Shown here: positions 35,923 to 47,452 of the stretch, one piece after another | Layout: each line of letters starts with the position of its first letter | Position numbering within the stretch: the stretch's first letter is position 1 | Assembly (NCBI GenBank): GCA_002898395.1 | Contig: BEHE01000014.1 | Coordinates: forward strand, 1-53,692 | Direction of reading: 5' to 3' | Length of the DNA: 53,692 bases | From: Candidatus Calditenuaceae archaeon HR02 | GTDB taxonomy: Archaea; Thermoproteota; Nitrososphaeria_A; Caldarchaeales; Calditenuaceae | Notes under the pieces: model-generated | Told to the model about the DNA's origin: nothing | The model's input: only the letters and a program-made list of their open reading frames with translations | Database searches by the model: none | Position numbers and translations under genes: made by a program

Positions 35923-37380
35923 TTGCCTAGGCCTGTGAGGTGTGTTGGCGCCCCCATGTCCTCACCCTACAGGGTCGTGGTAGGGTCTTGGCAAGGCCGA
36001 TTATCCTTGATCCTCCTCTTAATCATGGCAGCCATCTCTCTCTTTACAATCTCCAGCTATCCACTAGACTACGGCCCCAGGATCTGGAACAATCCTTCCT
36101 ATTGGGCCGAGTATCCTAAAGCAGTCCCACCTGAGTGGGCTTCCTCAGACACAAGCTTTCCACACACGATACTTAGACTTGACAAACAAGTCTACTTGGA
36201 TGAGAGGCTAGCCATCTACGAGGCCAGGCTTTGGTATGACTCGCAGGAGCATCCCAGTGGAATAGTTGTGAAGATTGGTGAAATAAGGTTTCAGTCCGCC
36301 CCGCCCATAATTGAGGTGGTTGTCAAACGGCCAGACGCGGTAGATATTAGTCTCGCAACACTTAGCCCGGGTGGCCCGAGGCCTGGTGAAACCCCGCCCT
36401 ACACCAGGTATGCTGACCAGCCGTTGAGGATTTTCCCTGCATCGTCTAGGAGTGTTCAGACGATAGTTGCCCAGAAGCTGTCAGAGGCTTATGGGGTGGA
36501 GATTAGTGAGGAGGATGTCTCCCAGAGGCTGGAGGACTATATTTTTTCGAGGCCGGGCGGTGATGGCCGCACTGAGCCCCTTTGGGGAGAGTATGTTTTT
36601 AGACTCCTACTTTACCGCCAAGACGCGGCCGACAGTGTTGGCGAGGCCGAGATAGTCCTAGCAGGGACTGCTTACGGGCTAATGGGCACAGATACACTGG
36701 GGCGGGACCTAGCTCAGGGCCTTCTCTTTGGATTCCCGGTCTCACTCTCCATCGGATTGCTTGCCGCCGGAGTGACAACCTTCATAGGCACATCGCTGGG
36801 CCTTTTGAGCGGCTACCTAGGTGGGAGGGCAGACCACCTCATACAGAGGGCGGCGGACGTCGTAGCCAACATTCCTCTACTGCCAATTCTCATCCTACTG
36901 GCCTACACCTTCAGGCCAGGACTACTATTCATCATACTCCTCCTGACCCTGTTTAGCTGGCCCGGCCTCACAATCATAGTCCGATCGATGGTTATTCAGA
37001 TCAGGAACTCTCCACTCGCCGAGGCAGCCAAGTCAATAGGAGCCGGAGACTTCAGGATCATAGCAAGACATATAGCGCCTAATGTCGCACCCTATGTTCT
37101 GGGGCAGATGATTCTGAGCATCCCCTCGGCGATCCTTGCCGAGGCCGGGCTGAGCTTCCTAGGTCTCGGAGACCCGCAGATTCCTAGTTGGGGAGGAATA
37201 CTCGAGCAGGCCTTCCGGACAGGCGCAATCTTCGTGGGTTACTGGTGGTGGGTGGTACCTCCGGGCCTCCTAATCGCCCTAACCTCAATCACATTCATAC
37301 TCTTAGCTCTGAGCTTGGAGCCGGTGATGAGCCCGCGCCTAGCCTCAAGGCCCCGAAAAGGCTCCTGGGTGAGCGGATAA
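35923..37380 (+). CDS. ABC peptide transporter permease (DppC/OppC family)
   Basis: GLMGTDTLGRD, EAAKSIGA loop, LSFLGLG..PSWG; start probably the internal MSSPY. Confidence 0.9.
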   Translation: MPRPVRCVGAPMSSPYRVVVGSWQGRLSLILLLIMAAISLFTISSYPLDYGPRIWNNPSYWAEYPKAVPPEWASSDTSFPHTILRLDKQVYLDERLAIYEARLWYDSQEHPSGIVVKIGEIRFQSAPPIIEVVVKRPDAVDISLATLSPGGPRPGETPPYTRYADQPLRIFPASSRSVQTIVAQKLSEAYGVEISEEDVSQRLEDYIFSRPGGDGRTEPLWGEYVFRLLLYRQDAADSVGEAEIVLAGTAYGLMGTDTLGRDLAQGLLFGFPVSLSIGLLAAGVTTFIGTSLGLLSGYLGGRADHLIQRAADVVANIPLLPILILLAYTFRPGLLFIILLLTLFSWPGLTIIVRSMVIQIRNSPLAEAAKSIGAGDFRIIARHIAPNVAPYVLGQMILSIPSAILAEAGLSFLGLGDPQIPSWGGILEQAFRTGAIFVGYWWWVVPPGLLIALTSITFILLALSLEPVMSPRLASRPRKGSWVSG

Positions 37381-37405
37381 ATACAGCCAGCGACATACTT
37401 CACCC

Positions 37406-38092
37406 ATGCAAATAAGGATAATAGTTCAATTCGTCCTTATCCTCCTACTCTCAACTGCCCCCCTGGCTCTGGGTCAAGAAGGGAAGGTGCCAGGCACTAG
37501 CTATTCTACGGCGCTGGAGCTGGGTGTTGGAGAGCACAGCTTCTACCTTGAGAGGGGTGATACACACTACTTCTCCGTTAGGCTGGAGAAAGACGACACA
37601 CTCTACCTCCAACTCCGCTCGGCACCCAACCAGGACTTTGACATGGCCTTGATCTCCCCTGATAGAGATATTATCGAGCTCTCCATTAGAGCGACAGGCT
37701 TTACTGAGAGGATAACATACACTGCTTCGAGCAGTGGCCTCTACTATATCGTGGTGTTCCCCTTTGGAGCATCGAGCGGCGCGTACAGCCTTTTAATAGA
37801 AATCTCGAAGCCCCGCGTCACCACAGTAACATCGATAGTGACCGTAGCCTCCTATGTTACCTTAACACAGCGGGAGTTGAGGGATGTTGTCATCGTCATG
37901 ACAAGAGAGAGCTATAGGACCGTCACGGTTACGAGCCAGGAGGTTATTGGCAGGGGGCTAGAGGTTCTGGGCTGGTCGATCCTCTCCCTCGCAATCATAG
38001 CCGTGGCCGTTCTCATAAGGGATGGCTTAATGAGAGCGAGACCCGTCACAGTGTCTGGCGAGAAGGTAAAAGAAAGCGAGACAGGTGGATAG
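37406..38092 (+). CDS. Secreted PPC-like domain protein with Thr-rich linker and TM anchor
   Basis: Signal peptide, DFDMALISP..GLYYIVV..GAYSL, TTVT repeats, C-terminal TM helix. Confidence 0.7.
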   Translation: MQIRIIVQFVLILLLSTAPLALGQEGKVPGTSYSTALELGVGEHSFYLERGDTHYFSVRLEKDDTLYLQLRSAPNQDFDMALISPDRDIIELSIRATGFTERITYTASSSGLYYIVVFPFGASSGAYSLLIEISKPRVTTVTSIVTVASYVTLTQRELRDVVIVMTRESYRTVTVTSQEVIGRGLEVLGWSILSLAIIAVAVLIRDGLMRARPVTVSGEKVKESETGG

Positions 38093-38094
38093 GC

Positions 38095-39084
<990 letters not shown>

Positions 39085-41082
39085 CTACCCACCTCTATTC
39101 ATCACTATTCTTTTAGTGTTTCTCACCAACACTTCCTTGACCGCGTCCCTAATCTCGGTCGATGTAAATGGCCTGCCATTATACTTCAGTATCAAGTTCG
39201 TAGGCCGTAGACCACTCTCCATAGCCATAAGCTTGCCCATCTGCCCGCTATAGTTCTGCTCAATATCGATTATTCTCCTTGCGGACTGTAGGGTCTCTAA
39301 GCAGAGCTCGGCGGGGAAGGGGTGGAGAATCTTGACCTGTAGGAATCCTATGGGGCCGACGCCCTCCTCCTCGAGCATCTCAAGCGCGTCCAATATCGGA
39401 CCTTTAGTCGAGCCCCAGCTGACTATCCAGTCTTTAGCATCTGGGTCGCCGTATGTAGCGACCTTGTCACCTGCCGGTATGGACTCTTTTATGAGCTCGA
39501 GCTTGCCCATACGCTTATCCATCATACGCGTCCTTATGACCGGGTCCTCGCTGATGTGGCCCAGCTCATCATGCTCGTCTCCAGTATTCCAGAATATGGC
39601 ACCGCGCGTGCCTAGCGGGGCCCTGGGCGAGATACCATCTTCGGTGAACTGGAACCGCTTATAGCCCCTATCTTCCAAGTGCTCATTAATTAAAAGGCCC
39701 CGGTCCAGCAACACATCATCAATCGATGGGATCGGTATGGTTTGGGTCGAGTTGGCCAGGGACTTGTCTAGCAGGTGGATCACAGGTACCTGGAACTTCT
39801 CGGCATAGTTGAAGGCTTTGATTGTGTCGTAGAAGGCCTCTGTCATGTCGCCCGAGGCCATCACAATTCGTGGGAACTCCCCGTGCCCTGCGAAGATGGC
39901 GAAGAGGAGGTCAGCCTGCTCGTGGCGGGTGGGGAGGCCAGTGCTCGGCCCACCCCTCTGGAAGAGAGTTACGACTATTGGGACCTCGTTCATTCCTGCC
40001 CATCCTAGGCCCTCGGCCATGAGTGAGAAGCCAGGGCCCGAGGTGGATGTCGCGGCTCTAATACCGGCCAGGCTTGCACCTATTGCCATGTCGATTGCGG
40101 CCAGCTCATCCTCTGACTGGAAGACAAGTATATGTCCCTTCTCGGATAGCTGCTTGCTTTCGGCTAGGTGTGGATACTCGTACTCGTCTAGAGCGGAGAC
40201 GGCGTTCAGATTGAAGACCTGCTTATCCTCGATGTATACGCTCTCATCCGCGGCAGGTGTTATGGGGTAGTATGACTGGAACCTGCAGCCGGCCACGATC
40301 TTGGCAATACCAACTATCGTGGTCCCATTGACTAGGATAAGGTCTTCGCCGTTCTTCCTGTTGGGAAGGGTTAAGGGGAAGTCGTCGGAGAAGTTGTCCT
40401 TGACATAGTCGTAGACCACCTTGCAGGCGGCGAAGTTCATATCGACAACTGCCCTCTTAGCCCTGAAGGCATAGGATAGCCCACGGTGGAGCCGGTTTAT
40501 ATCAGCCTTAAGAATGGCGAAGGAGGCTGCGACAGCCATAGTATTAACCATTCTCAACAGGAGTGTAAGCTGCTTCTCTCCAATTATCTCGCCAGTCTTC
40601 TTGATAAGATCCATATAGGGTATCGGATAGGTCCTAACCCCCCTACGCTTAGCGACTGTGATCACGTCGCGGAGAGTCTCGCCGACATTCTCGTTCTTTA
40701 GCTTCTCCGAAATCTCGGACTTCAAACGCTCCTCGATGGTTGGAATGTTCTTTAGACTCTCATTCTCGAGAGCTACGTCATAGATAATACCTCCACCCGC
40801 CTCAACCTCCCAGGCGTGTCTAAACACTGTCTCAGAATCAAAGCTCGCAAGAATATGCACATTGTCAACCGTGCTCCTGACAGGAGAATCAGCCGCTACG
40901 ACATTGAAGTATGAGTGCTCCCCCTTAATGTTCGAGTAGTATTCCCTCTTTCCGAAGACGTAATAACCGGCAGAGGCAATTGAGTATGCAAATAGGTTTG
41001 CAGAAGAGTCCACACCAGAGCCTTGAGCCCCACCAATCATCCAACTGAGGGTAAATCTTTTCTTGCCACCATTCTTACCCAT
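39085..41082 (-). CDS. korA: 2-oxoacid:ferredoxin oxidoreductase alpha subunit
   Basis: GGAQGSG, YYPITPA, TSGPGFSLM, QRGGPSTGLPT. Confidence 0.93.
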   Translation of the reverse strand: MGKNGGKKRFTLSWMIGGAQGSGVDSSANLFAYSIASAGYYVFGKREYYSNIKGEHSYFNVVAADSPVRSTVDNVHILASFDSETVFRHAWEVEAGGGIIYDVALENESLKNIPTIEERLKSEISEKLKNENVGETLRDVITVAKRRGVRTYPIPYMDLIKKTGEIIGEKQLTLLLRMVNTMAVAASFAILKADINRLHRGLSYAFRAKRAVVDMNFAACKVVYDYVKDNFSDDFPLTLPNRKNGEDLILVNGTTIVGIAKIVAGCRFQSYYPITPAADESVYIEDKQVFNLNAVSALDEYEYPHLAESKQLSEKGHILVFQSEDELAAIDMAIGASLAGIRAATSTSGPGFSLMAEGLGWAGMNEVPIVVTLFQRGGPSTGLPTRHEQADLLFAIFAGHGEFPRIVMASGDMTEAFYDTIKAFNYAEKFQVPVIHLLDKSLANSTQTIPIPSIDDVLLDRGLLINEHLEDRGYKRFQFTEDGISPRAPLGTRGAIFWNTGDEHDELGHISEDPVIRTRMMDKRMGKLELIKESIPAGDKVATYGDPDAKDWIVSWGSTKGPILDALEMLEEEGVGPIGFLQVKILHPFPAELCLETLQSARRIIDIEQNYSGQMGKLMAMESGLRPTNLILKYNGRPFTSTEIRDAVKEVLVRNTKRIVMNRGG

Positions 41083-41219
41083 CTATATCGTATACCGTAT
41101 TCCGATAGCCATTATTTAAGTATCCAACCGTATAACGTAGGTGCGGGGGTAACAGAGAGGACGGGGCCGGCGGGAAGGCCAAGAATTTATTAAACCCTGC
41201 GCCAGTATGGTCCTAGGGA

Positions 41220-42362
41220 GTGTTTGAGGGCAGCTATATCGTCGAGGAGAGATACGATCTCTGGAGCCTAGCAACGTTCAAGCCGAATAAGAATATACCC
41301 ATTCACAGGTGGTTCTACTTTAAGGAGGGTTTTTCGCGCGACCTAGTTGTTATGCTCTTGCAGGAGCTGGGGGTCTCGAGGGGCTGCGTCGTCTTAGACC
41401 CATTCGTAGGTTCTGGAACCACGCCTCTCGCATGTATGGAGGAAGGATTTGTGGGTGTTGGTGTTGACGCCTCACCCCTCGCCGTCTTCGTCTCCCTAGC
41501 CAAGACACGGATTTACGACCCAGTAGAGTTGCGGGAGGCGCTGGATAAATGCCTCTCAACAGCTCCCCAACATCCAGCACTCCCTGACGGTTTGAGCCCC
41601 ACAGTCAGGAGGGCTTTTCCCAGGAGAAATCTTGAGGAGCTCTTCAACCTTAAGGAGGCCGTAGATGAGATTGAACCGAAAGGCCCGAGAATCTTTCTAA
41701 AGCTCGCCTTGATGAATGCGTCGGTAAAAGCCTCTTACATATTCAGGGACGGGTCGGTCTTGAGGTTTGTTAAACGGCCGGTCCCACCGCTCAGGACCAT
41801 ATTCCGGAGGATAGCCCAATCAATGATTGAGGATGTTAACCGTGTGAAGTTCAAGTGCGGGCCTGCCGTAATATTGCAGGGCGACGCTAGAAGGCTCAAC
41901 CAAATAGAGGATGAGTCAGTTGACGCGGTGATAACCTCGCCCCCATACCTCAACAAGATAGAGTACACTAGAGTGTATGAGGTTGAGCTGGAGATATTTT
42001 TCGGGAAGAAGGTGCAGGACCTTATAAGGTCGTATATCGGGCTTGTTGGTAGAGAGGCGCCGAGGGTTATACCGGGGCTTGAGGACCTGCCTGACTCTGC
42101 TAAGCTATACTTTTCGGACATGAGGGAAGTTTTAGAGGAGATGTGGAGAGTTCTGAAGGATGGTGGAAAGGCTGCCGTCGTGGTAGCGGGCGGTGTCTAC
42201 CCTGATAGGGTGGTGGAGTCTGACTATATTTTGGCCGACCTGGCTAGGCGGGCTGGTTTTAAGGTAGAAAAAATACGCGTGGTTGGTAAGAGGGTTGCAA
42301 CCAGCGGCAGGGTTCACAGAATAGGTGCTGCCCGAGAGAGCATAGTCTATCTTGCAAAGTAG
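41220..42362 (+). CDS. Amino (N4-C/N6-A) DNA methyltransferase
   Basis: HRWFYFKEGFS, VLDPFVGSGTT (motif I), ITSPPY (motif IV). Confidence 0.85.
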   Translation: MFEGSYIVEERYDLWSLATFKPNKNIPIHRWFYFKEGFSRDLVVMLLQELGVSRGCVVLDPFVGSGTTPLACMEEGFVGVGVDASPLAVFVSLAKTRIYDPVELREALDKCLSTAPQHPALPDGLSPTVRRAFPRRNLEELFNLKEAVDEIEPKGPRIFLKLALMNASVKASYIFRDGSVLRFVKRPVPPLRTIFRRIAQSMIEDVNRVKFKCGPAVILQGDARRLNQIEDESVDAVITSPPYLNKIEYTRVYEVELEIFFGKKVQDLIRSYIGLVGREAPRVIPGLEDLPDSAKLYFSDMREVLEEMWRVLKDGGKAAVVVAGGVYPDRVVESDYILADLARRAGFKVEKIRVVGKRVATSGRVHRIGAARESIVYLAK

Positions 42363-42365
42363 CCC

Positions 42366-43535
42366 TTAAACGTCTATTCTCCTCCCACGCCAAGTCAGCC
42401 CCAAGCGTCCTGACCTGAATGAGATGTAAGCCTCGATTAGGGCTGCGACCAATACCCAGTTGGCCAAAACTGTAAGGGGCGCATAGAGGGGGGCATACTC
42501 CAAGCGCAGCCTCCTGAGCTCTAAATAGTTGGCGGCTACATTAATGACTATTGATGCCGCGGCCAAGATTGCTAGTGGCGGATCGCCGTAGATGCTAGCG
42601 GCTATTAAGACGACTAGGGGGAGCAGGAAGAGGATTGCAGCCCCTGTAATATAGTACTTCATATTGGCGAGACTATGGGTCATGGAGTAGTCCGCTACAA
42701 GCCGTTTGATAGCGGCCACGTAGCCGGCCAAACTCCCAGCGTACTCTGCCCCAAATCTATCGGACCCGTCCAGTAACCTGATCCTATATCCACCACTCTT
42801 GAGGAGGCTGGCCAGAGCCCTGTCCTCAAGTATGCGTCCTCGAACCGCCTTATGGCCGCCAACCTCTAGGTAGACTCTCCTTCGTACGAGTATGAAGGCT
42901 CCGAAGAGTATGGCTCGGGGGTCTTGAGGATCATTGCTGCGGGCAGGTGAGAATAGGGAGAGTAGAATGTTCTGGAGGAGCGGCAGCATTATCTTGGATG
43001 AGATGGAGCCCGTGTCTAGTCGGGGAATTAGGGAGAGGGCGTCTAACCCTTCCCCGCACCTATCGAGGGCGTCAGCTACGACGCATTCATCAAAAAACAC
43101 GGTGTCGGCGTCTAGGAATAGGAGCCATTCACCAGAGGCATGCAGGAAGCCTCTCCAGCACGCCCAGTTCTTCCCCAGCCAGCCGGATGGAGGAGCGCCA
43201 ACCCTAACATACTTAACCCCCCTCTTCAAGAATCTCTCGAGTACTATTCTACCCGTCCCATCCTCCGACTCGTCATCAACGAAGATGACCTCTATTCTAA
43301 CCCCTCGTTGTTCCAGGAGAGTGGACAGGCACTTCTCAACCCATCCCGCGACATTCCTCCCAGGTATTATGGCGGAGACAAGTGGACTGGCTTCCCCACA
43401 GACCCTCTCTAGCTTCTCGAGCCTGTGGAGCGTGACTGCCCTCTTATGGACAATCCATATCCACGCCAGCGGTGTCAAGGATGTAATGACCGTGAGGAAG
43501 GATAGGGCGGCTATCCAGAGGTGGTCTAGGATCAT
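42366..43535 (-). CDS. Family 2 glycosyltransferase (CrtQ/HpnB-like)
   Basis: VDDESEDGT, GWLGKNWAC, FLDAD, ILEDRALA, C-terminal WRGR. Confidence 0.88.
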   Translation of the reverse strand: MILDHLWIAALSFLTVITSLTPLAWIWIVHKRAVTLHRLEKLERVCGEASPLVSAIIPGRNVAGWVEKCLSTLLEQRGVRIEVIFVDDESEDGTGRIVLERFLKRGVKYVRVGAPPSGWLGKNWACWRGFLHASGEWLLFLDADTVFFDECVVADALDRCGEGLDALSLIPRLDTGSISSKIMLPLLQNILLSLFSPARSNDPQDPRAILFGAFILVRRRVYLEVGGHKAVRGRILEDRALASLLKSGGYRIRLLDGSDRFGAEYAGSLAGYVAAIKRLVADYSMTHSLANMKYYITGAAILFLLPLVVLIAASIYGDPPLAILAAASIVINVAANYLELRRLRLEYAPLYAPLTVLANWVLVAALIEAYISFRSGRLGLTWRGRRIDV

Positions 43536-43600
43536 TCCACCTACTCAACAGCCTTGTCATAAGGGGAGATTTAAAAGTCACCAAGCCACAAGATAGGCTG

Positions 43601-43921
43601 GTGTGGATGTTGGAAAGGCCTAGTGAGGAGAAGATACTGCAGGCCCTGCGAATGTGCTACGACCCAGAGATACCGGTGAACATAGTGGACCTAGGGCTGA
43701 TATACGACCTACAGATTAGGGATGACAACTCGGTCTACATCAAGATGACGCTCACGGCGCCCGGCTGCCCCGTCGGCTTCTTTATCGTGGAACAGGTTAA
43801 AGAGGCTGTCAAGACGATGTGCCCCAGCGTGACGCGGGTTGATGTCGACCTAGTATTCGACCCACCCTGGACGCCTGACAGGATGACCGACGATGCTAAG
43901 GAAATGTTAGGGATGCTCTAG
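43601..43921 (+). CDS. DUF59/SufT-like Fe-S cluster assembly factor
   Basis: DPEIPVNIVDLGLIY, TLTAPGCP, PPWTPDRM. Confidence 0.92.
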   Translation: MWMLERPSEEKILQALRMCYDPEIPVNIVDLGLIYDLQIRDDNSVYIKMTLTAPGCPVGFFIVEQVKEAVKTMCPSVTRVDVDLVFDPPWTPDRMTDDAKEMLGML

Positions 43922-45027
43922 CCTCCACTGTTGTCGCTTTTCCCCTCGACAATCAGTTCAAGCTTCGATGCTATGGACCTGCTCTTCTCGCTGGCTAGTA
44001 GTGAATACCTCACAGCCTCTATCAGGTCCCACATAATCTGGTAGGTCCTCCCTCCCGGCGGCCTCTTCTCCTGCAGCTCATTGAATAGGATTGCGATGTC
44101 CTCTAGATACGGCGTTATGCCCAGGAGTCTATGGCAGCATATGGCCAAGAATCTTAACGTTTCGGCTCCAATCCCCTTCACGGCTAAGAGGTCTTCGAAA
44201 CTCCGCGGGGGAGAGTCTGCAATGTTTGCTATGGCCGTCCAATTCACCCTAACGGGGACTGTAATGGGGTTCACATCTCCCGCGACGCCTCCCCCGGTGA
44301 AGTCACTTAGCTTGGTCTGTTTGCCGCTTAGCCCTATCCTGATCGACCTGAGGCGTGAAAGGGGGTAGCTTAAAATCTCGAGGCATCCCTTCTGGAGCTC
44401 CAGGTTCTTCTTCAGCGTGAAGTCAAGTGCGTAGAAACTCCTCATCGCCGAGGATACCCCAGTGTGCGGTTCAACTGTGAATCTAGAGTAGGAGATGCGC
44501 CCTGAGTGCCACTGGTATAGCCTGTTAAGGCCTGCCTTCGAGGCCACCTGTATAACCGCCCACTCTGCCCGAGTATTAAAGACTATGACGTGGAGCCAGA
44601 GGCGGAACCCGTCCTGGACAGCAACGTCATCCACCTTCGCCGTCATCCTGCTTGAGTATTTTAGCCAGTTCACCTGCTTATCGGAGAGGCCCATCGCCGA
44701 GGCAACCTTCTCAACGGTCTCGGGGACAGTAAACCTCTTAGCGTAGAGGCCGCCCGCCACACTGACCTCCCAATCACTTTTAGCATTATTCATCAGAGCC
44801 GAGACCATCAATGCTATGCTCCCGGCATCATCGTTGTTAAGGTCTACTGAGCGGCAGAGAAGCCTGAACGTCCACGGGTTGGATAATAGCTCGAGGAACT
44901 CTGAGGAGCCGAAGTACCCTATAAAAGAGTCGACGATCGCTGGAAGAGTTGAGGAGACTTCCAAGTATGCTGCGCGGCTAAAGGTGGGGGGCCCCGATCC
45001 TAAGTCGATAGCGCCGAGCCTGAACAT
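43918..45027 (-). CDS. DUF763 family protein (divergent)
   Basis: SRMTAKVDDVAVQDGF.LWLH, WAVIQ, FTVEPHTG, FEDLLAVKGIGAETLR. Confidence 0.8.
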   Translation of the reverse strand: MFRLGAIDLGSGPPTFSRAAYLEVSSTLPAIVDSFIGYFGSSEFLELLSNPWTFRLLCRSVDLNNDDAGSIALMVSALMNNAKSDWEVSVAGGLYAKRFTVPETVEKVASAMGLSDKQVNWLKYSSRMTAKVDDVAVQDGFRLWLHVIVFNTRAEWAVIQVASKAGLNRLYQWHSGRISYSRFTVEPHTGVSSAMRSFYALDFTLKKNLELQKGCLEILSYPLSRLRSIRIGLSGKQTKLSDFTGGGVAGDVNPITVPVRVNWTAIANIADSPPRSFEDLLAVKGIGAETLRFLAICCHRLLGITPYLEDIAILFNELQEKRPPGGRTYQIMWDLIEAVRYSLLASEKSRSIASKLELIVEGKSDNSGG

Positions 45028-45123
45028 CTGAGTATTGATTGGCCATGGGTCGTGGTTATAAGTTGACTATCTAGAGATTTTTGAGGAATTCCAGAGTAAA
45101 AATTGTGTATGACGAAGCCACGT

Positions 45124-45369
45124 TTATATTGCGATCTTCTCAGCCTCGAGGGCCTCTTTTAGAGGTATGTCAATATAGGTGCCGTCTGGCAGGTGCCGTC
45201 TAATTATGATGGGTAGGACTCCAAGAGCTAGCTCGCGGCGTGCTATGGTGAAGGCTGTATCGTTGGGTTGAGGCTCGACAAGGGGGAAGGCGCCTAGGGA
45301 GAGCTGGAGAGCCCTTCCGCCGATAATCTTGGTGATCTCATACTTCGTTAGCCGCTTCTGAAGAGTCAT
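45124..45369 (-). CDS. rpo6: DNA-directed RNA polymerase subunit Rpo6 (K)
   Basis: LTKYEITKIIGGRALQLSLGA, LPIIIRRHLPDG. Confidence 0.95.
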   Translation of the reverse strand: MTLQKRLTKYEITKIIGGRALQLSLGAFPLVEPQPNDTAFTIARRELALGVLPIIIRRHLPDGTYIDIPLKEALEAEKIAI

Positions 45370-45376
45370 GAGTATC

Positions 45377-47044
45377 TTAGTCGAGGCTGGAGGAGGTGCT
45401 GGACTCTCCCTCCTCTTCCTCCTTCTTCTCCTTCTTCGCTCCTGTCTCTGAGAGCTTGGAGGCCGCTATGATGTCATCAATCTTGAGTATCATGCACGCA
45501 GCCTCGACTGCCGACTTAACCACCTGCTTCTTCACGACGAGGGGGTCAAGCACCCCTGCAGCCCACATGTCGCTCAGCTTGTTCTCTAAGACGTTGACTC
45601 CCTCCCACTTCTTCCCCTCCTTGTGACTTGACCTAAGGGAGACTATACTCTCGATGGGGTCTAGGCCGGCGTTCTCAGCAAGTTGCATCGGTATTCTCTC
45701 AATTGCGTCGGCGAACTTCTCAACCGCAAGCTGCTCCTTGCCTGGCAGTGTCTTGGCGAAGTCCCTCAGCCTTGATGCGACTTCGATCTCCGGCGCCCCG
45801 CCCCCAGCAACTATCTTCGGCTCCAAGAGAATGTCTTTGACGACGTTTATCGCGTCTTTGAAGGACCTTTCAGTCTCATCAACAATCCTCTGTGTCCCTC
45901 CATGAATAAGTATTGTTACTGACTTGGGGTTCTTGCAGCCCTCGATAAACACCATCTTATCCTCCCCCACCCGCCTTTCCTCAAGAAGCTCCGCGGTTCC
46001 CAGGTCCGCCGGCGTCAGGTCATCCACCCTCGATACTATTCTCCCCCCAGTGGCCTTGGCTAGCTTGTCCATGTCGCTTTTCTTTATCCTTCTCACGGCG
46101 ACTATTCCCTTCCTTGCGAGGAAGTGCTGGGCGAGGTCGTCTATACCCTTTTGACAAAGGACTACGTTAGCGCCGGTGGCGGCTATCTTCTCTACCATAT
46201 CCTTCAACATCCTCTCCTCCTCTTCCATGAAAGCCCTCATCTGCTCCGGGCTCTCAATATTCAGCTTAGCGTCAAACTCGGTCTTCTCTATCTCTAGGCT
46301 GGCGTCAAGCAGGGCTATCTTCGGATTTCTAACGAGCTTGGGCATGTCCGGGTGTACAATCTCCTTGTCGAGGACAACACCCTCAACCAGCCTCGTGTCC
46401 ATAATTGAGCCATATTCCTTCTTCTCCAGCTTAACATCGTCGAGGTCTACCCTCCACTGCCCATTAACCTGCTCCGCCACCCTCAGGACCGCGTCAACTG
46501 CTAAGCCCGCGATAAAGTCGGCGTACTCTGAGACAAGCTTGCTGACGAGGGCGCTTTTAGCAATTTTAGCTAGCTCCTGCTTATTCTTTGGATCTACAGG
46601 AACTGCGATGCTGTCTAGTATATTTATTGCCTCCTTCGCGGCCTTCCTGAATCCCTCTATAATTATTGCGGGGTGAACCTCCTTCTCTATGAGTTCCTCA
46701 GCCCTGGCGAGAAGCTCGCCCGCCAGCACTACCGCGGTTGTTGTCCCGTCACCCACTTCCTCGTCCTGAGCCTTCGCAACCTCCACAAGCATCTTAGCCA
46801 CCGGGTGCTCTACATCCATCTCCTTAAGAATCGTAGCCCCATCATTGGTAATCACGATGTCTCCGAAACTGTCCACAAGCATCTTGTCCATTCCGCGTGG
46901 GCCTAGGGAGGTTCTCATCGTCTCGGCGATGACCTTAGCCACCATTATGGCGGCTGACTGAGCCTCTCGGCCTCTCGTCCTCTGGGTGCCCTCCTTCAGA
47001 ATTAGTATTGGGACAGTACCTACGCTACCTGGAGCTGCTGCCAT
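45377..47044 (-). CDS. ths: Thermosome (group II chaperonin) subunit
   Basis: [25 protein letters not shown]. Confidence 0.97.
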   Translation of the reverse strand: MAAAPGSVGTVPILILKEGTQRTRGREAQSAAIMVAKVIAETMRTSLGPRGMDKMLVDSFGDIVITNDGATILKEMDVEHPVAKMLVEVAKAQDEEVGDGTTTAVVLAGELLARAEELIEKEVHPAIIIEGFRKAAKEAINILDSIAVPVDPKNKQELAKIAKSALVSKLVSEYADFIAGLAVDAVLRVAEQVNGQWRVDLDDVKLEKKEYGSIMDTRLVEGVVLDKEIVHPDMPKLVRNPKIALLDASLEIEKTEFDAKLNIESPEQMRAFMEEEERMLKDMVEKIAATGANVVLCQKGIDDLAQHFLARKGIVAVRRIKKSDMDKLAKATGGRIVSRVDDLTPADLGTAELLEERRVGEDKMVFIEGCKNPKSVTILIHGGTQRIVDETERSFKDAINVVKDILLEPKIVAGGGAPEIEVASRLRDFAKTLPGKEQLAVEKFADAIERIPMQLAENAGLDPIESIVSLRSSHKEGKKWEGVNVLENKLSDMWAAGVLDPLVVKKQVVKSAVEAACMILKIDDIIAASKLSETGAKKEKKEEEEGESSTSSSLD

Positions 47045-47214
47045 AATTAATCACCGATATTTGATGGGTTATGTCCTATTTATATACCCTTTCCGGGGAC
47101 AAGACGGTGACGTGAAGCACTTACAGCATATTCCCACAAAATTTTTTGAGTATTATGTTCAACGGTTTAGGGTATTGAGTTTATCTACCAGCGTATAGCT
47201 TCTCAACTATCGCG

Positions 47215-47358
47215 ATGAAGCTGATAAGTGTCAAGCTTCCAGAGGCGTTAATAGAGGGGATGGATGAGCTTGTAAAGAAGAAGATCTATCCTAGCCGTTC
47301 AGCCATTCTGAGGGCTGCGGTGAGAGACCTACTGAAGAGGGAACTCTGGAGCGAGTAG
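47215..47358 (+). CDS. 47-aa ribbon-helix-helix regulator (CopG/CdrS-like), absent from the ORF track
   Basis: Translated by hand: MKLISVKLPEALIEGMDELVKKKIYPSRSAILRAAVRDLLKRELWSE. Confidence 0.85.
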   Translation: MKLISVKLPEALIEGMDELVKKKIYPSRSAILRAAVRDLLKRELWSE

Positions 47359-47452
47359 AATAGGCACCCCCAGTAACGACTTCGCCGTCGCAATCGGCAT
47401 TTCGGGCCATAGTTTTATTAGCTGAGGTATAGTTAGAGAGCCCAGACCTGGC

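Noticed and set aside
31018-38092. MoxR-DUF58-membrane protein cluster as a novel system
   Set aside because: Common archaeal arrangement; nothing unusual beyond uncharacterised members
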